64,000 nucleotides of DNA from a virus: the IMG/VR virus record IMGVR_UViG_3300037486_000490, positions 1 through 64,000 of that record; one strand, written 5' to 3'. Both the position numbers and the translations under genes were made by a program. Position 1 is the first letter of the stretch. Each line of letters starts with the position of its first letter. This document shows positions 18,601-28,426 of this stretch, piece by piece. The notes below the pieces were generated by a model. That model made no database searches. It worked only from the letters and a program-made list of their open reading frames with translations, and was not told where the DNA came from.

Positions 18601-19488
18601 GTTCTCATAGGTCAATGTTTTCGCTGTCGCGTAATTCGCACGGTTGATAGTAACGTCTTCCAGGAGTATGTCCGTGGTTCCGTCTATGCCCGTTATAGTA
18701 ACCTCAGTGGTTGCCTGAAGAGCGTATGAAGGAGTCTCATAAGCGGTGTACACACCGTTGGAGTAAGCTACTATGGCAACCCGGAACTTGTCGTAACGGG
18801 TATCCATGTCCGTGAGAGCAAGCTTAACCCCCTTAGCAGTAACTACACCCGGGGTACCGCCTCCCTGCCAGGCATTGTCACCTATCTCAGGGGTAAATAT
18901 CGGTATAGGGTTGCTTATAGAAAGGTAGTCCGTGACAAACCCATCAGACATCTCGTAAGCTATAGCAAAGTAGTAAGAACCTGCCAGGAGATTGCCTGAT
19001 GCTTCTGCAACGGTTATCGCCATTTCAGGCACTACAACCTCAGGAAACAGATCCATCATCGATGCATCTGCAAACGGATGATCAAAATTATATATCTTGG
19101 GAGAGATGTTATTATCGGTCCATACGATGATGCGGTCATCCCTGTAATTACGATACGAGATCATCTTGATAGGATGCTCCAGTGACAAACCGAGAGTAGC
19201 AGACGCATAGAATGTCGTATACACCTTCGTTATTTCGCTGTAGATGCCTATCTCGCCAGCAGTGGTTCCTGCAAAGTCTGTTGAGAGCACGGCAACACTG
19301 TCCGCATCAAGCATCACTGATGCAACCGGAACATATCCCGTAGGAACGGAGAAGTATGCAGATGTTCCGCCTTCAACCGCCACTGCATCTTTGAGCCGAT
19401 TAAGAACAATATTCAGCGCACGACGATAGGTGCCAGACGGCTGGTCAGCCGGCGCACAGTCCAGAAACATTCCGCCTATAGGTTTCAT
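15649..19488 (-). CDS. Tail muzzle (stabilisation/nozzle) protein, 1279 aa
   Basis: Size and position between ring and cargo genes; N-terminal GGMFLDCAPADQPSGTYRRALN, GSYYFAIAY, and C-terminal FTISYD..WASFHSY typical of crAss muzzle proteins. Confidence 0.8.
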   Translation of the reverse strand: MKPIGGMFLDCAPADQPSGTYRRALNIVLNRLKDAVAVEGGTSAYFSVPTGYVPVASVMLDADSVAVLSTDFAGTTAGEIGIYSEITKVYTTFYASATLGLSLEHPIKMISYRNYRDDRIIVWTDNNISPKIYNFDHPFADASMMDLFPEVVVPEMAITVAEASGNLLAGSYYFAIAYEMSDGFVTDYLSISNPIPIFTPEIGDNAWQGGGTPGVVTAKGVKLALTDMDTRYDKFRVAIVAYSNGVYTAYETPSYALQATTEVTITGIDGTTDILLEDVTINRANYATAKTLTYENRKLYMGGLTTTPFPDYQQYANDIQVTWTYDYMNNQGSPSVTYKNGDICVKDKAFMPGEVYAFYISWILNDGSYTDAFHIPGRVKRTINPRAANDAFSEDISIISLGVANGFSFSDVEMDLYVNGAAKYFQMRDTSTVAGDMSYWENEELYPTGFPDLAGLPIRHHKFPTLASLWEHGVDPITNPTDSESIILGIKLMNVPIPASIADLVQGFEIFYAKRSYSNSIVNGMTYLLRTSQTDAGSFMINPILGTSTRTWRIFAPDLQKNGETPAISANYLRLEGEIEVDSTIALHSVVSLPELSVASMVSTGLSEPYRPIIAINTAEYDPFTPDEYRESAIEIKSKVVGFWTYTAAIGAANYLTMPATICSYRVNCYAGLSSQQLVGTGKQFFTRDSASYFPGVDGDGVDCLFMGVGGYSPAVFGGDTYMNKVYHFKNHNYLGGVWKQYFGFVYYSYSNLDLRVKGTDYGERFMPESTYGTSPVMYIDYDTAPSGVMDPEYTVDNYLKVYDDYSKSGELNMVYPYARNDINVNDFPNRIISSKPIQAEDNGGTLRKFLPLDYYEMPKNRGPITNLEGFNGMLLIHTEDSLYKTVGKVQLQTDAEAVVIGSGDIFDIEPTEIFTVPNGYAGCRNPYAAIVSKAGYFFIDEKAAKMFMMRESLEEISNTGLRNFFEENLQFQLVKDLNRVLVTNDGVSLFTDTPFSPYGVGYAVAFDDRYLRLIITKRDFTTIVAQESNFNTLYKLSGGYVCDKATSTPQTLAVLSTYLTDNSFTISYDIASKRWASFHSYLPVFLFNTKKNFYGSRLGINRVYRFNEDHYNGYYMGQTLESSWIDVTLPDKNQSQSVTSSISWTSGFLDAVGNPDFYKTWDRLCVYNTHQVSGWRTIDSAGASRNARFTGGRWHFNDFRDMTTVTGTIPPVNSPVQENYELLVDSNGDPVNVDSVKLWNKRKRFIDTYCIIRLEHTNTNAGIVYLYDLETSGRPVVR

Positions 19489-20228
19489 CAGATGTCAGGA
19501 TCAATGTCGTAATCAAGTTCAAAATGAGCATCGGTGTTCCAATCCTCATGTGGTATAAGTCTCACCCACATCTCACGGAACCTTTCTGCCTTATCAGGTG
19601 AAGGGAACATTACATCATTTCCAGCCTGTACGCAAGCATGTTCCCATATCATCTTGGCATCGGAGAATGTGAACTGACCCACCAGGTTTCCTCCCTGAGC
19701 CATCATCATTGCAACGTACCATGAGAGTGCCTTCTTAACGTAGATGTTGTCTGGGATGAGCGGAAGCCCATCCTTGTCAATTGGGTACCGGTAGTACTTG
19801 ACTATTATGTCTCCAGTTTCAAAGGATGTCTGTATATAGTTCGGGTTAATCAGGTAATAGTCTCCAGTCCAGTGATCAGGATCTACCCTGGTAACATTGT
19901 TGGGATCGATGACATCATTCTGTGTGAGAGGAGGAGCGACCTCAATTGCAAAGTAGTTCCGGTCGTTTACAAAGTCCCCGCCGTAGGGTAAAGGTTCATC
20001 CTCATACTCCACACCTCTTAAAGTATAGAAGTTTGCAGGAAGTGCTGCCCTATGATTGTATACGGGTATCGACTCCGAATGCATCTCAAATCCGGCAGAG
20101 CATCCTATATAGTCAAGCGCTTCACCCATCCATTCGATAGCGTCTGCTTCCCATCCGGAGTAGCCGGGTTTGAAATCCCGGTATATCTTAGCCAGGACAG
20201 CTTTGCTGGATATGTTTTTGTAAACCAT
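19488..20228 (-). CDS. Tail ring (tubular) protein
   Basis: ISSKAVLAKIYRD, IEWMGEAL and D.DGLPLIPD motifs; immediately upstream of the muzzle gene. Confidence 0.75.
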   Translation of the reverse strand: MVYKNISSKAVLAKIYRDFKPGYSGWEADAIEWMGEALDYIGCSAGFEMHSESIPVYNHRAALPANFYTLRGVEYEDEPLPYGGDFVNDRNYFAIEVAPPLTQNDVIDPNNVTRVDPDHWTGDYYLINPNYIQTSFETGDIIVKYYRYPIDKDGLPLIPDNIYVKKALSWYVAMMMAQGGNLVGQFTFSDAKMIWEHACVQAGNDVMFPSPDKAERFREMWVRLIPHEDWNTDAHFELDYDIDPDI

Positions 20229-20668
20229 TATTCCTGAAAGTTTATATGTGCAAATTCATCTGTTTTAAGAGTACGTACCAACCGCTTTTTATTTCCATTT
20301 TCCCCGCCCGTAGGACGAAAGCTGTAAACACTCTTGTTAGGTATCGTACAAGTACGTTTTTCCCAGTACCAGCGGTACCAAAAATCATCAGTGAAAAATA
20401 CAAGTTTCCTTATACCTCTGGACTGAAGCTTATTGGTCTCAGCCCAATCGACCGTTTTAGTGTTGAAGTTCCTTCTGACTCTTTGGATCCTTATTTTACC
20501 CAGCCTGTTATGTAGGTTAAGCGTTTTGCCGGCAAGTATCTGCTCTACAGCTTTCTTGTTGAACAGGCTCAGTACATATTTAAACTGGGTATAGGTTACA
20601 TATGTACCGGGGTTGTTCTTGGCATAGTACTTATAAATGTCAATTGCTGTGTGGTTAAAGTTATCCAT
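20228..20668 (-). CDS. IHF/HU-like protein conserved in crAss tail modules
   Basis: Basic 146-aa protein, LNLHNRLGKIRI...VDWAETNK...WYRWYW; lies between two ring genes. Confidence 0.65.
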   Translation of the reverse strand: MDNFNHTAIDIYKYYAKNNPGTYVTYTQFKYVLSLFNKKAVEQILAGKTLNLHNRLGKIRIQRVRRNFNTKTVDWAETNKLQSRGIRKLVFFTDDFWYRWYWEKRTCTIPNKSVYSFRPTGGENGNKKRLVRTLKTDEFAHINFQE

Positions 20669-21305
20669 CTATCTTTACTTCATTCGTTTTCTGATCCTGC
20701 AGGAATTTCAACTCCCCTGAAAGCAGACCCTGGGTAATTCCCTGGATCATATCATCAGGTAAAGGAAAATCCATCTCCTCGGTATAGGCAAGCGTACCGT
20801 CAGTGCGTGTGTATTTCTCCAACTCAGTAGGGTCCTCGAACACCGCTTCAACCAGAATCTGCGAAGGCTTCTTATTTACAACATAAAGATTGCCTCTACG
20901 AAGATATACCCTTGGTATTCTCTTTGTGAATTGTGTAAACTGGACGTATTGAGCTTCCCGGGCTGAGATAATGCTGAATGGATCTATTCCATCAATAGGA
21001 CCAATGAACTCAAAAGCATCCCTACTCTTAAGTCTGACCACGGACGGGATTGCTTCTTTTGTCTTGGAGATCTCAACGCCCACCTTTACTCCCGGAATTT
21101 CGGTAGCCCTGACCACAACCATTTCGCATACAATCTGCTGGATAGCTTTGGAAGGAAGTTGCTTATTCTTCTCCTGATCCCTGCGTATGAACATTGACCG
21201 GTAATGAATATAGTTGAACCTTGCAAGTTCTATGAACTGCGGGTCATTCTCCTTCTCCATTATCTGGGCAAAACTGTATGCGAGTTGGTTGAGTGTCATT
21301 GTCAA
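20661..21305 (-). CDS. Tail ring protein
   Basis: TLNQLAY, YRSMFIRRD, VEAVFEDP and FPLPDDM motifs. Confidence 0.7.
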   Translation of the reverse strand: MTMTLNQLAYSFAQIMEKENDPQFIELARFNYIHYRSMFIRRDQEKNKQLPSKAIQQIVCEMVVVRATEIPGVKVGVEISKTKEAIPSVVRLKSRDAFEFIGPIDGIDPFSIISAREAQYVQFTQFTKRIPRVYLRRGNLYVVNKKPSQILVEAVFEDPTELEKYTRTDGTLAYTEEMDFPLPDDMIQGITQGLLSGELKFLQDQKTNEVKIDG

Positions 21306-21784
21306 TTGTTTATTATGAATTTATAAAGAGCCTCCATTACGTTAGCGTCCATTTCTCCGGGTAGATAAGCCTTTTCAAGCTGGCAGGAGTTGAACTTCAC
21401 CTTATTGTTAAGCTTTGCTTCAAATCCCTTTTGCAGTTCATCCCACTCTGCGATACTCTCCTTGTACTCTTCACGGAGCACGTTCTCCTTCTCATGTGCT
21501 TCCTTCTCACGCACTGCAAACATCTCATCCGTTTCTCCTTCTATTTTCTTAAGGGTACCATGCAGCTCATTTGCCTTCTGGTAGAACGCTTTTACTTCTT
21601 CACCCGGCTTCGGACGATCCTTTTCAAACTCGGTGAGTATCTTATATGCTCTTTCCTTATTGACAAACAAGAAGTTAAGGAACTTCCCGTGTGCTTTCAT
21701 CTTCTTTTCCATCAAGCTGTTGATGGTTGCATTGCTTGCTCCGTACAGATTGTACAGGTCATTGTAGGTAATCTCTTGTGTCAT
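21302..21784 (-). CDS. Hypothetical helical protein (possible fibre assembly chaperone)
   Basis: Charged helical ORF; ATG at 21784 preferred because a TAAGTTTG promoter element sits at 21808-21815 on the minus strand. Confidence 0.55.
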   Translation of the reverse strand: MTQEITYNDLYNLYGASNATINSLMEKKMKAHGKFLNFLFVNKERAYKILTEFEKDRPKPGEEVKAFYQKANELHGTLKKIEGETDEMFAVREKEAHEKENVLREEYKESIAEWDELQKGFEAKLNNKVKFNSCQLEKAYLPGEMDANVMEALYKFIINN

Positions 21785-21925
21785 ACTTTCGAAAGTTTGG
21801 TTATACACAAACTTACAAGGAAAAATGTCACATTATGTGGGTGAGAATCAGAACGTTAATATCTCATTCACTACAGCAAAGACTATCAACCTTTTATATA
21901 GCAGCAATTTGCTGCGTATATACCA

Positions 21926-22249
21926 TTATTCTATGCTGCGTATCTTCTTACAGAGAGGGAACAGGCTGGTAGGAATGGCTTCTGCCTTATCCAGGTTATC
22001 CACGCCCTTCTTCATAACATCCACAAATGAATCCTCAAACTCATAATTCACCATTGCTGCCTTTTCTGAGTTCCATAATATTCTTCCATCCGGAAGATCC
22101 TTCATCTGTAGTTCTTCTATCTCTTTGGGGGAGAACCTTATCTTATCTTTGATGGATGCAATAATCTCCTGCTGGATGAATCCTCCACGCTCGGGAAGTA
22201 CTGATGGTAACTCCAATCTTTCTTTAACACTTAACTCTACTGATTTCAT
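21926..22249 (-). CDS. Hypothetical protein (107 aa)
   Basis: Clean co-oriented ORF; LSVKERL.L..LP..G N-terminus common in phage tail-region small proteins. Confidence 0.6.
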   Translation of the reverse strand: MKSVELSVKERLELPSVLPERGGFIQQEIIASIKDKIRFSPKEIEELQMKDLPDGRILWNSEKAAMVNYEFEDSFVDVMKKGVDNLDKAEAIPTSLFPLCKKIRSIE

Positions 22250-22260
22250 ACTTTATATGG

Positions 22261-22560
22261 TTAATTGATTGTTTTTCTTGGACGCTTAATACACAGTTGC
22301 TTTTCTATGTTGATCAGTCTTTCCTCGTGATCTTTATAGACTCTTATCTTAAGATCACAAACATCTGTCTGCACCTCCGCAAATTTCTTGTAGAAAGGAG
22401 CCAATACTTCTGCTATAGCTGCATCCTGCCTGTCGAATAACCGCTTGATGAAGACCAGGTCGTCTACCGTAAGATGCATGTTCTTATAGTTTAACTGGTA
22501 GTCCTTATCATCGAGGATCTTGTCCAGTTTTTCGTTATTGTTCATCTTATAATTCTCCAT
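22261..22560 (-). CDS. Hypothetical coiled-coil protein
   Basis: Coupled to the upstream gene by overlapping stop/start. Confidence 0.55.
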   Translation of the reverse strand: MENYKMNNNEKLDKILDDKDYQLNYKNMHLTVDDLVFIKRLFDRQDAAIAEVLAPFYKKFAEVQTDVCDLKIRVYKDHEERLINIEKQLCIKRPRKTIN

Positions 22561-23039
22561 TATTTGTTTATCTTTCTAACTACAATACTCGGATCATACA
22601 GCTCTTGTTGCTCCGGCAAGAGATCCATCTGCTGAACTATACTTTTGTTTGTTACCAACGAAAGGTCTATCAGCTCCATCATTTTCGCCCAGTCTTTCTT
22701 GCTTACAGCAGGCGATGTCTCAATATGATAATTGAATGCTTTATTGACACCCTTTACATACATATTCACTTCTTCCACATGATTGCCTATCAACATAGTG
22801 TTTTCATTTATTCCTTCCACCTGCAAATTGATATCATCCATTCTGTTTGATAATACCTCAATACTATCCTGTATAGTTGTAAGCTGATCCTGTACCCCAT
22901 GAATTACTCTGGTCTGAGAAGCAACATTATCAATGAACTTAAATCCTCCCCACATAACAGCCACAATGCCTGAGACAGCACCAATGTATTTGCTGATGTT
23001 CAGAAGCTGAGTCATGAATGTTATCTTTGGAGTTGTCAT
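22560..23039 (-). CDS. Membrane-anchored coiled-coil protein (possibly lysis-associated)
   Basis: N-terminal TM segment IGAVSGIVAVMWGGF followed by a heptad coiled coil. Confidence 0.55.
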   Translation of the reverse strand: MTTPKITFMTQLLNISKYIGAVSGIVAVMWGGFKFIDNVASQTRVIHGVQDQLTTIQDSIEVLSNRMDDINLQVEGINENTMLIGNHVEEVNMYVKGVNKAFNYHIETSPAVSKKDWAKMMELIDLSLVTNKSIVQQMDLLPEQQELYDPSIVVRKINK

Positions 23040-23150
23040 TTACTTCTTTTATTATGTGTACGTCTCCATTTTGAAATCATTTCAATAAGCTGTAACACGT
23101 TAATTTTAATCTGCAGTCCTCCTGCTCCTATAAGTTTGCCTATACTCATC

Positions 23151-25913
23151 TTATCGTGTTATCACAACTAATTTTCCACTGTTCATTTCCAGCTTGCTAT
23201 CGTTAATCAGATATCTTGCCCCACGCTCGAAGGCACCCAAATCTGGAAGATAGCCTCGTAGGTAGCCATCTCCGTCTGTTGTCACACCCGTACCTATTAT
23301 TCCCCTGTCTTTGCAGTCAGAGGTAGATGCTAAATGGAGATATGTTAATAAAGGTAGATTACCATTTGTCTGCCTTGCTCCACTGACTCCTGTTGTATCC
23401 ACTGAGACAAAATCTGCCGATGTTACAGCCGGACCTGTTGGCATCCATGTAGCATGATATGATAGACTATCTGTTATAACATTGGTAAGTGCAGCAGTAT
23501 TAAAATTATACTGGTTCTCGACACTGATTAAATTCTTAAACACAAATGGGAGCCATTCAAATCCACTGACAAGAAATCCTCCATACCCATTATCGTAAGC
23601 CGTACTATGATAAAAATATATCAGACACTTTGCGTTGTTGGTTGCAAAACCGCTTTGCCTATTGAGAAAAGAAAGACAATTTACCACAGTACGTGCGAAC
23701 ACGGTACTATCTGCCGTGTCTGTCCTTCCTAATTTAAACCCATTGCCATCTCCTCCGGTAGTGGACTGATTTTCTCTATATCCATTATGCCATGTCCAGC
23801 ATTTATCTAAAGTAACCTGACCATCGCTATCCCAGCAATCGTATCCATCGTCTGAGTTATTCCACGAGCGACAACCCGTTAGTGTTACGGTTGATCCTGC
23901 GGCACTCTCCTCCATTCCAAAACCATCAGCATTACCGTAAGCTCCAGGTGATACGGTATAAGGATCAACGTTTGCATAAGAATCACAGTTTGTAAATGTT
24001 ATATTATCAGTAGCCCCATAAGCCGAGCCTATTCCCACGCCTCCATTGTGATGTGACACACATCTTGTAAGGGACATGTCGGTACTGTATAGTATGGCAA
24101 TCCCTTGTGCCCAATCTCCAGTAGAATGCTGTGGTACGTTTTTAACCTGTAACCCTATCAGTTCCCAATAACTGCAATTTATAAGCACTATCCCATAATG
24201 AGGAGCATCTGCTGACATTGTTGCACAATCCAGTACAGGCGTTTCGCCTGTATAATTCAACACTACTATCGGATTAACTGTCGTACCGTCATGATTATTT
24301 ACACTTACCGCCCTATAATCAGATCCAACCAGTGTCCCTGCTGATGCATAAGTGCCGCCTCTGATGTATAATGTATCTCCGGTAGTAAGCGTTTCAAACC
24401 CTTTCTGCCATGTTGCCCAAGGTGTATCAAAAGAACCATCTCCAGTAATATCATCTCCCCAGAGAGCAACATAATATCCACCAAGATCTATAGCTCGTTC
24501 AAACGCTCCAATATCACAATTACTATCCACAGAAATCCCATCATAATCTGAAGTTAGATTAAGATCAAGACCTGCGTTAATACAGGGAGAGCTTGACTGA
24601 AGATGAAAGTCTGTCGTTGAAACAAAGTCGGGATTATCATTTATCGAACTGGCTTCATCAGATATTGCAGTCTGCCATGCGGCTAATGTTACATAGAATG
24701 TCCCTTCATCCTGTTCGGCAATAGTGTCAATATCATAATACAAGTTATAATCCATATTGAATTTAATCGTACTGGTATAACCTATTAATATTGCCTTGCT
24801 TCTCGATCCGTAATATATATTATTCAAAACATCGCATCCTGTTATTATACCCGATGTTGACCATGAGATAAAATGACAGTCATTGCCATCATCAGGACGT
24901 TGGTCATAACTAAAAGAATATCCTGAATTGATACAGGTATTATTTACAAAATCAACATTAGTCAGGGTATCTGTTCCTCCTGATGTACCCGACCATGTTT
25001 CAAACGAATAATGGCAGTTTGTAATTATATTATTATTTATTAAACAGTTGGTGACTGCGTAACCATCATTCCCCTGGGGACTTATTCCAGCGTCAAAACA
25101 TTGGTTTACCTTATTCCTGCGTATAATGAAATCAGAGTTATTATTCCATAAGGAAATACCATTCCCCAATCTCCTTTGATCTGATGTGCCTGGATTAATT
25201 AACCATTCTCCCCCTACCCATGAAACATCGCATAACTCAAAGATAATATGATCGCAAGCCTCAAACTCTACTCCCGCTGCTGAACTATACCTAAAATCAA
25301 GATCTTGTATATGTATATATGATGAATTGATAAACTTAAAAATCCCCTGCGCTGCACCGTAATTGCCACAAGCCTCTATATGCGAATAGAATGTTCCAGG
25401 GTTACTTGTCGAATATAGGTATAACAAATCACCAGTCCCGTTATAAAAGAACCTCCCTTGTGCGGTGAGACTATCAATATATGCAAACTTATAACCAACG
25501 CTTGCCTCACTATTAAAAACAATGTTGCTTATGTCATTCTGCTCTGTTCCAAGCGTAGCGGTTGTTTTCCAAATATTCCCCGAATGAACCTCCCAGGCTC
25601 CCGTTGCGCTTAAATCTTTTGAGCCAAGCATCAACGGTCTATTGCCTGTTCCATAAGCACCATAAAAGATATAGTCTGATGACGTACCATCCTCGTTCTG
25701 ATAGATGCTACCCCTAAATGTGTCACCGCGTTTAAATAGAATACTATCCCCGGCGGCAAAGGTTGTGGCATGAACCTTTGCGAGTGTTGCCCATGCAAGA
25801 GCCGTTGTCAGTCCACTATCACTGTCACTCCCGTCAGAAGATGACACATAATAGGTAGCCGCTGAAACCGTCAGGCTGCATATCAGTAAAAGTATTGTTA
25901 GTGCTTTCTTCAT
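23151..25913 (-). CDS. Secreted tandem right-handed beta-helix protein (pectate-lyase/PL9-like), 920 aa
   Basis: Signal peptide MKKALTILLLICSLTVSA; two beta-helix units (TYYVSSSDGSD...GDSILFKRGDTF and YYVALWGDD...GDTLYIRGGTY); NSDDGYD and GDGNGFKLG PL9-like motifs; DIGAFE and DLGAFE caps. Confidence 0.8.
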   Translation of the reverse strand: MKKALTILLLICSLTVSAATYYVSSSDGSDSDSGLTTALAWATLAKVHATTFAAGDSILFKRGDTFRGSIYQNEDGTSSDYIFYGAYGTGNRPLMLGSKDLSATGAWEVHSGNIWKTTATLGTEQNDISNIVFNSEASVGYKFAYIDSLTAQGRFFYNGTGDLLYLYSTSNPGTFYSHIEACGNYGAAQGIFKFINSSYIHIQDLDFRYSSAAGVEFEACDHIIFELCDVSWVGGEWLINPGTSDQRRLGNGISLWNNNSDFIIRRNKVNQCFDAGISPQGNDGYAVTNCLINNNIITNCHYSFETWSGTSGGTDTLTNVDFVNNTCINSGYSFSYDQRPDDGNDCHFISWSTSGIITGCDVLNNIYYGSRSKAILIGYTSTIKFNMDYNLYYDIDTIAEQDEGTFYVTLAAWQTAISDEASSINDNPDFVSTTDFHLQSSSPCINAGLDLNLTSDYDGISVDSNCDIGAFERAIDLGGYYVALWGDDITGDGSFDTPWATWQKGFETLTTGDTLYIRGGTYASAGTLVGSDYRAVSVNNHDGTTVNPIVVLNYTGETPVLDCATMSADAPHYGIVLINCSYWELIGLQVKNVPQHSTGDWAQGIAILYSTDMSLTRCVSHHNGGVGIGSAYGATDNITFTNCDSYANVDPYTVSPGAYGNADGFGMEESAAGSTVTLTGCRSWNNSDDGYDCWDSDGQVTLDKCWTWHNGYRENQSTTGGDGNGFKLGRTDTADSTVFARTVVNCLSFLNRQSGFATNNAKCLIYFYHSTAYDNGYGGFLVSGFEWLPFVFKNLISVENQYNFNTAALTNVITDSLSYHATWMPTGPAVTSADFVSVDTTGVSGARQTNGNLPLLTYLHLASTSDCKDRGIIGTGVTTDGDGYLRGYLPDLGAFERGARYLINDSKLEMNSGKLVVITR

Positions 25914-25915
25914 GG

Positions 25916-27640
25916 TTAGTTATTTGATCTGCAAATCTCAACCCAGTCGCCTATCGTACCCTCATATAAGAGTGTGATATTATCACCAATACCTATCACC
26001 ATCTGACCCGTCAGTCGTAACCCTGCGCTGTCATCAAGCGTCAATGTATTAGTATCACTGCTACCAATGATTGTTATTATCTGCCCCGTAGTACCGTTAG
26101 CTATCTGCGGATCTACACTTATGTCTATTGCCGCCGCTGTATTGAAATACATAAACCTTGACAGCATAACCGTTGTTATACCTGTCCCTGCTACCACTGT
26201 TCCTGTACTCTCTATTGATACAATTCCATTCTCATAATCAGTAAGCAAAGGAGCGACATCTCCAAGTTCCTCAGTCTCAAAGGATACTGTATCCGCAAAT
26301 GCGGCATCTACTTCTGCTTCCCGGATGTACGGAGTAAGCATTGATGCCGTATCACTCCTTGCTATATACCGGGTTAACATAGAAGCTGTATCTCCTCTGG
26401 CTATGTATGGCGTAAGCATGGAAGTGGTGTCCGAGATATTTACCTTTAGAGCTACGTTCGCTGTTGTAGCAAGTGTTCCTGATACTGGAAGGGTTATTGC
26501 TGTTGTTCCCGTAGTAGTGGCAGTTATGCCATGTCCACCCGATAAGGTTAATGACCCTGAGTTTCTTGTATAACCCGTTACAGTAGCCGCGTTACCCGTG
26601 ATACTACCCGCAATAGCATTGGTTACTTCAAGGTCGGTGAACCATCCCTTTGTCACTCTTGTACCTGTTACTCCTATAGAGCCTGTCATAGAAAGGTTAT
26701 TTGCTCCCAGAGCTAAATCTCCTCCACCTAATGTAAGAACGTTAGAAGAATGAGTAAGCGTTATATCTCCATTATTAAAATTAACTACTCCCCCTGATGC
26801 AAGAAACAAATCGCTCCACATTACAGAGGTAGTGCCCAGGGCAGCTCCATCGTTTGTGTCAGCGGTAATAGCCGTAGCTACGGTCGGGGTTCCTGTAAAA
26901 GCAGGCGAAGTAAACATTGTTGCCTTGCTCTCATTGGTTACGTTGCCTAATGATACATCTGTTGCTGTTAAAGAAAGCGCTGTCTTAAGGTTTGCAGCAC
27001 TGAGAGCCGTTATAGTATTATCCGCATTAAACCGAGGAAAGGTAACTGCACTGGGATTAACAAGGGTAAACATGCTTTGCCCTATAGTTGTACCACCAAG
27101 ACTTGTTCTACCCGTGGCTGCTACAAGACTGGTAGTACCACCATCCCACCTTAATCTCGCAACATAAGAACTATCCCAGTTGACAGAGTTATTGGTTATA
27201 CTTGTATTCCATGCGGCACCTGTGGATAGTGCTATACCGGCGGCAGGATACAGCATTGAACCCCCGCCCCCTACAATGGTCATATCACCGGAGCCAAGGA
27301 TAGGTAAGCCATTAATTGTTTTTATAGTTACACCTGACTCCAGTGAATCTTGCTTACCATCCAATTGAGCCTGAACAGATAACAGAGTATCAATCCCTAC
27401 CAGCATGTTCATCTCTGTAGCAGTTGCCAAAACACCATCGAGTACGGCAAGTTCTTCAGCATTAAAATCATACAGTCTTAAATCATTTAACAACACAATT
27501 GCACTGTTGGTCTTTATCGCTATTGTCCTGGGAGAATCTCCTACCGCACTAATAGCTGATGGAATAACAATCGTGGGGAGCTGTCCGAAAACAATTGTCC
27601 CCACTAATATCAGTAAAAGAGAAATTAGTATTTTTTTCAT
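25916..27640 (-). CDS. Signal-peptide-bearing tail-fibre-like protein, 574 aa
   Basis: MKKILISLLLILVGTIVFG|Q; T/G/A/S-rich; IKTING..ILGSG and DVSLGNVTNESK fibre motifs; DTASML repeats. Confidence 0.7.
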   Translation of the reverse strand: MKKILISLLLILVGTIVFGQLPTIVIPSAISAVGDSPRTIAIKTNSAIVLLNDLRLYDFNAEELAVLDGVLATATEMNMLVGIDTLLSVQAQLDGKQDSLESGVTIKTINGLPILGSGDMTIVGGGGSMLYPAAGIALSTGAAWNTSITNNSVNWDSSYVARLRWDGGTTSLVAATGRTSLGGTTIGQSMFTLVNPSAVTFPRFNADNTITALSAANLKTALSLTATDVSLGNVTNESKATMFTSPAFTGTPTVATAITADTNDGAALGTTSVMWSDLFLASGGVVNFNNGDITLTHSSNVLTLGGGDLALGANNLSMTGSIGVTGTRVTKGWFTDLEVTNAIAGSITGNAATVTGYTRNSGSLTLSGGHGITATTTGTTAITLPVSGTLATTANVALKVNISDTTSMLTPYIARGDTASMLTRYIARSDTASMLTPYIREAEVDAAFADTVSFETEELGDVAPLLTDYENGIVSIESTGTVVAGTGITTVMLSRFMYFNTAAAIDISVDPQIANGTTGQIITIIGSSDTNTLTLDDSAGLRLTGQMVIGIGDNITLLYEGTIGDWVEICRSNN

Positions 27641-28422
27641 GTCAGTGCCTTTTTATCAAGCAGTTTGTCACTTCCTTCCTGTACAGGATGCTGTGTAAAT
27701 TCTTTATTTGGCAGGTACAGACTCATCATTTCAAACCATTGCCGATACGTTAAGTCCCGGTGGAGTGTCTGTGCCCAATAGTAAGTGAAAATTCCACCAC
27801 CACTGGTGCCTATCTGGGCTTCTGTGGCAGTTTCGTTCTCTGCACAGGCACTTACCACTATCCGATTCAATCCTGGTTCTACGACCCTGCGAATGCGCTT
27901 ATGAGTGATTAATTCCTTACCCTCCGCAGGTGGCATAAACCTTGCCTTGTGGTAATGGGGATTATGCAGTTCCTTTGTAGCTGATCCTGAGTGGCAACTA
28001 TCAAGCACTACCACGAGTGTAACGCCTTCAGGTACATTCTCACATGCTGTATTAAGGTCATCGTCTATAAGGTTACCGTCATACAAGTACAGCGTTTCAT
28101 CGTACCCGTCAATCTCATCCCCGGATACATCTCGTACATAACTCCCGTGTCCGCTGTAGTGAAGATATATTACATCGCCTGCTATGGAATGCTCAATAGC
28201 GTAGCGCAGCTGGTCAATGAAGTTCTTCTTTGTTACCTGCCAATCAATGAATTCCCGTATCTGAAAGTCTGGCATCTTGGCTTTCATACGGTTGATGTCT
28301 TCATTACAGTAACGTAAATCGTTGCTGCTGCCCGGATAATTATTAATCCAGAACAGCAGCGCGATTTTACTATTATGTTCCCAGTTGGTTTTCACCGACT
28401 TTCGTTTGAAGCACATCATCAA
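27637..28422 (-). CDS. Metacaspase (peptidase C14 family)
   Basis: Catalytic dyad motifs LHYSGHGS and VLDSCHSG; INNYPG...LRYC.ED, DEIDGYDE, SACAENE. Confidence 0.9.
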   Translation of the reverse strand: MMMCFKRKSVKTNWEHNSKIALLFWINNYPGSSNDLRYCNEDINRMKAKMPDFQIREFIDWQVTKKNFIDQLRYAIEHSIAGDVIYLHYSGHGSYVRDVSGDEIDGYDETLYLYDGNLIDDDLNTACENVPEGVTLVVVLDSCHSGSATKELHNPHYHKARFMPPAEGKELITHKRIRRVVEPGLNRIVVSACAENETATEAQIGTSGGGIFTYYWAQTLHRDLTYRQWFEMMSLYLPNKEFTQHPVQEGSDKLLDKKALT

Positions 28423-28426
28423 ATTG

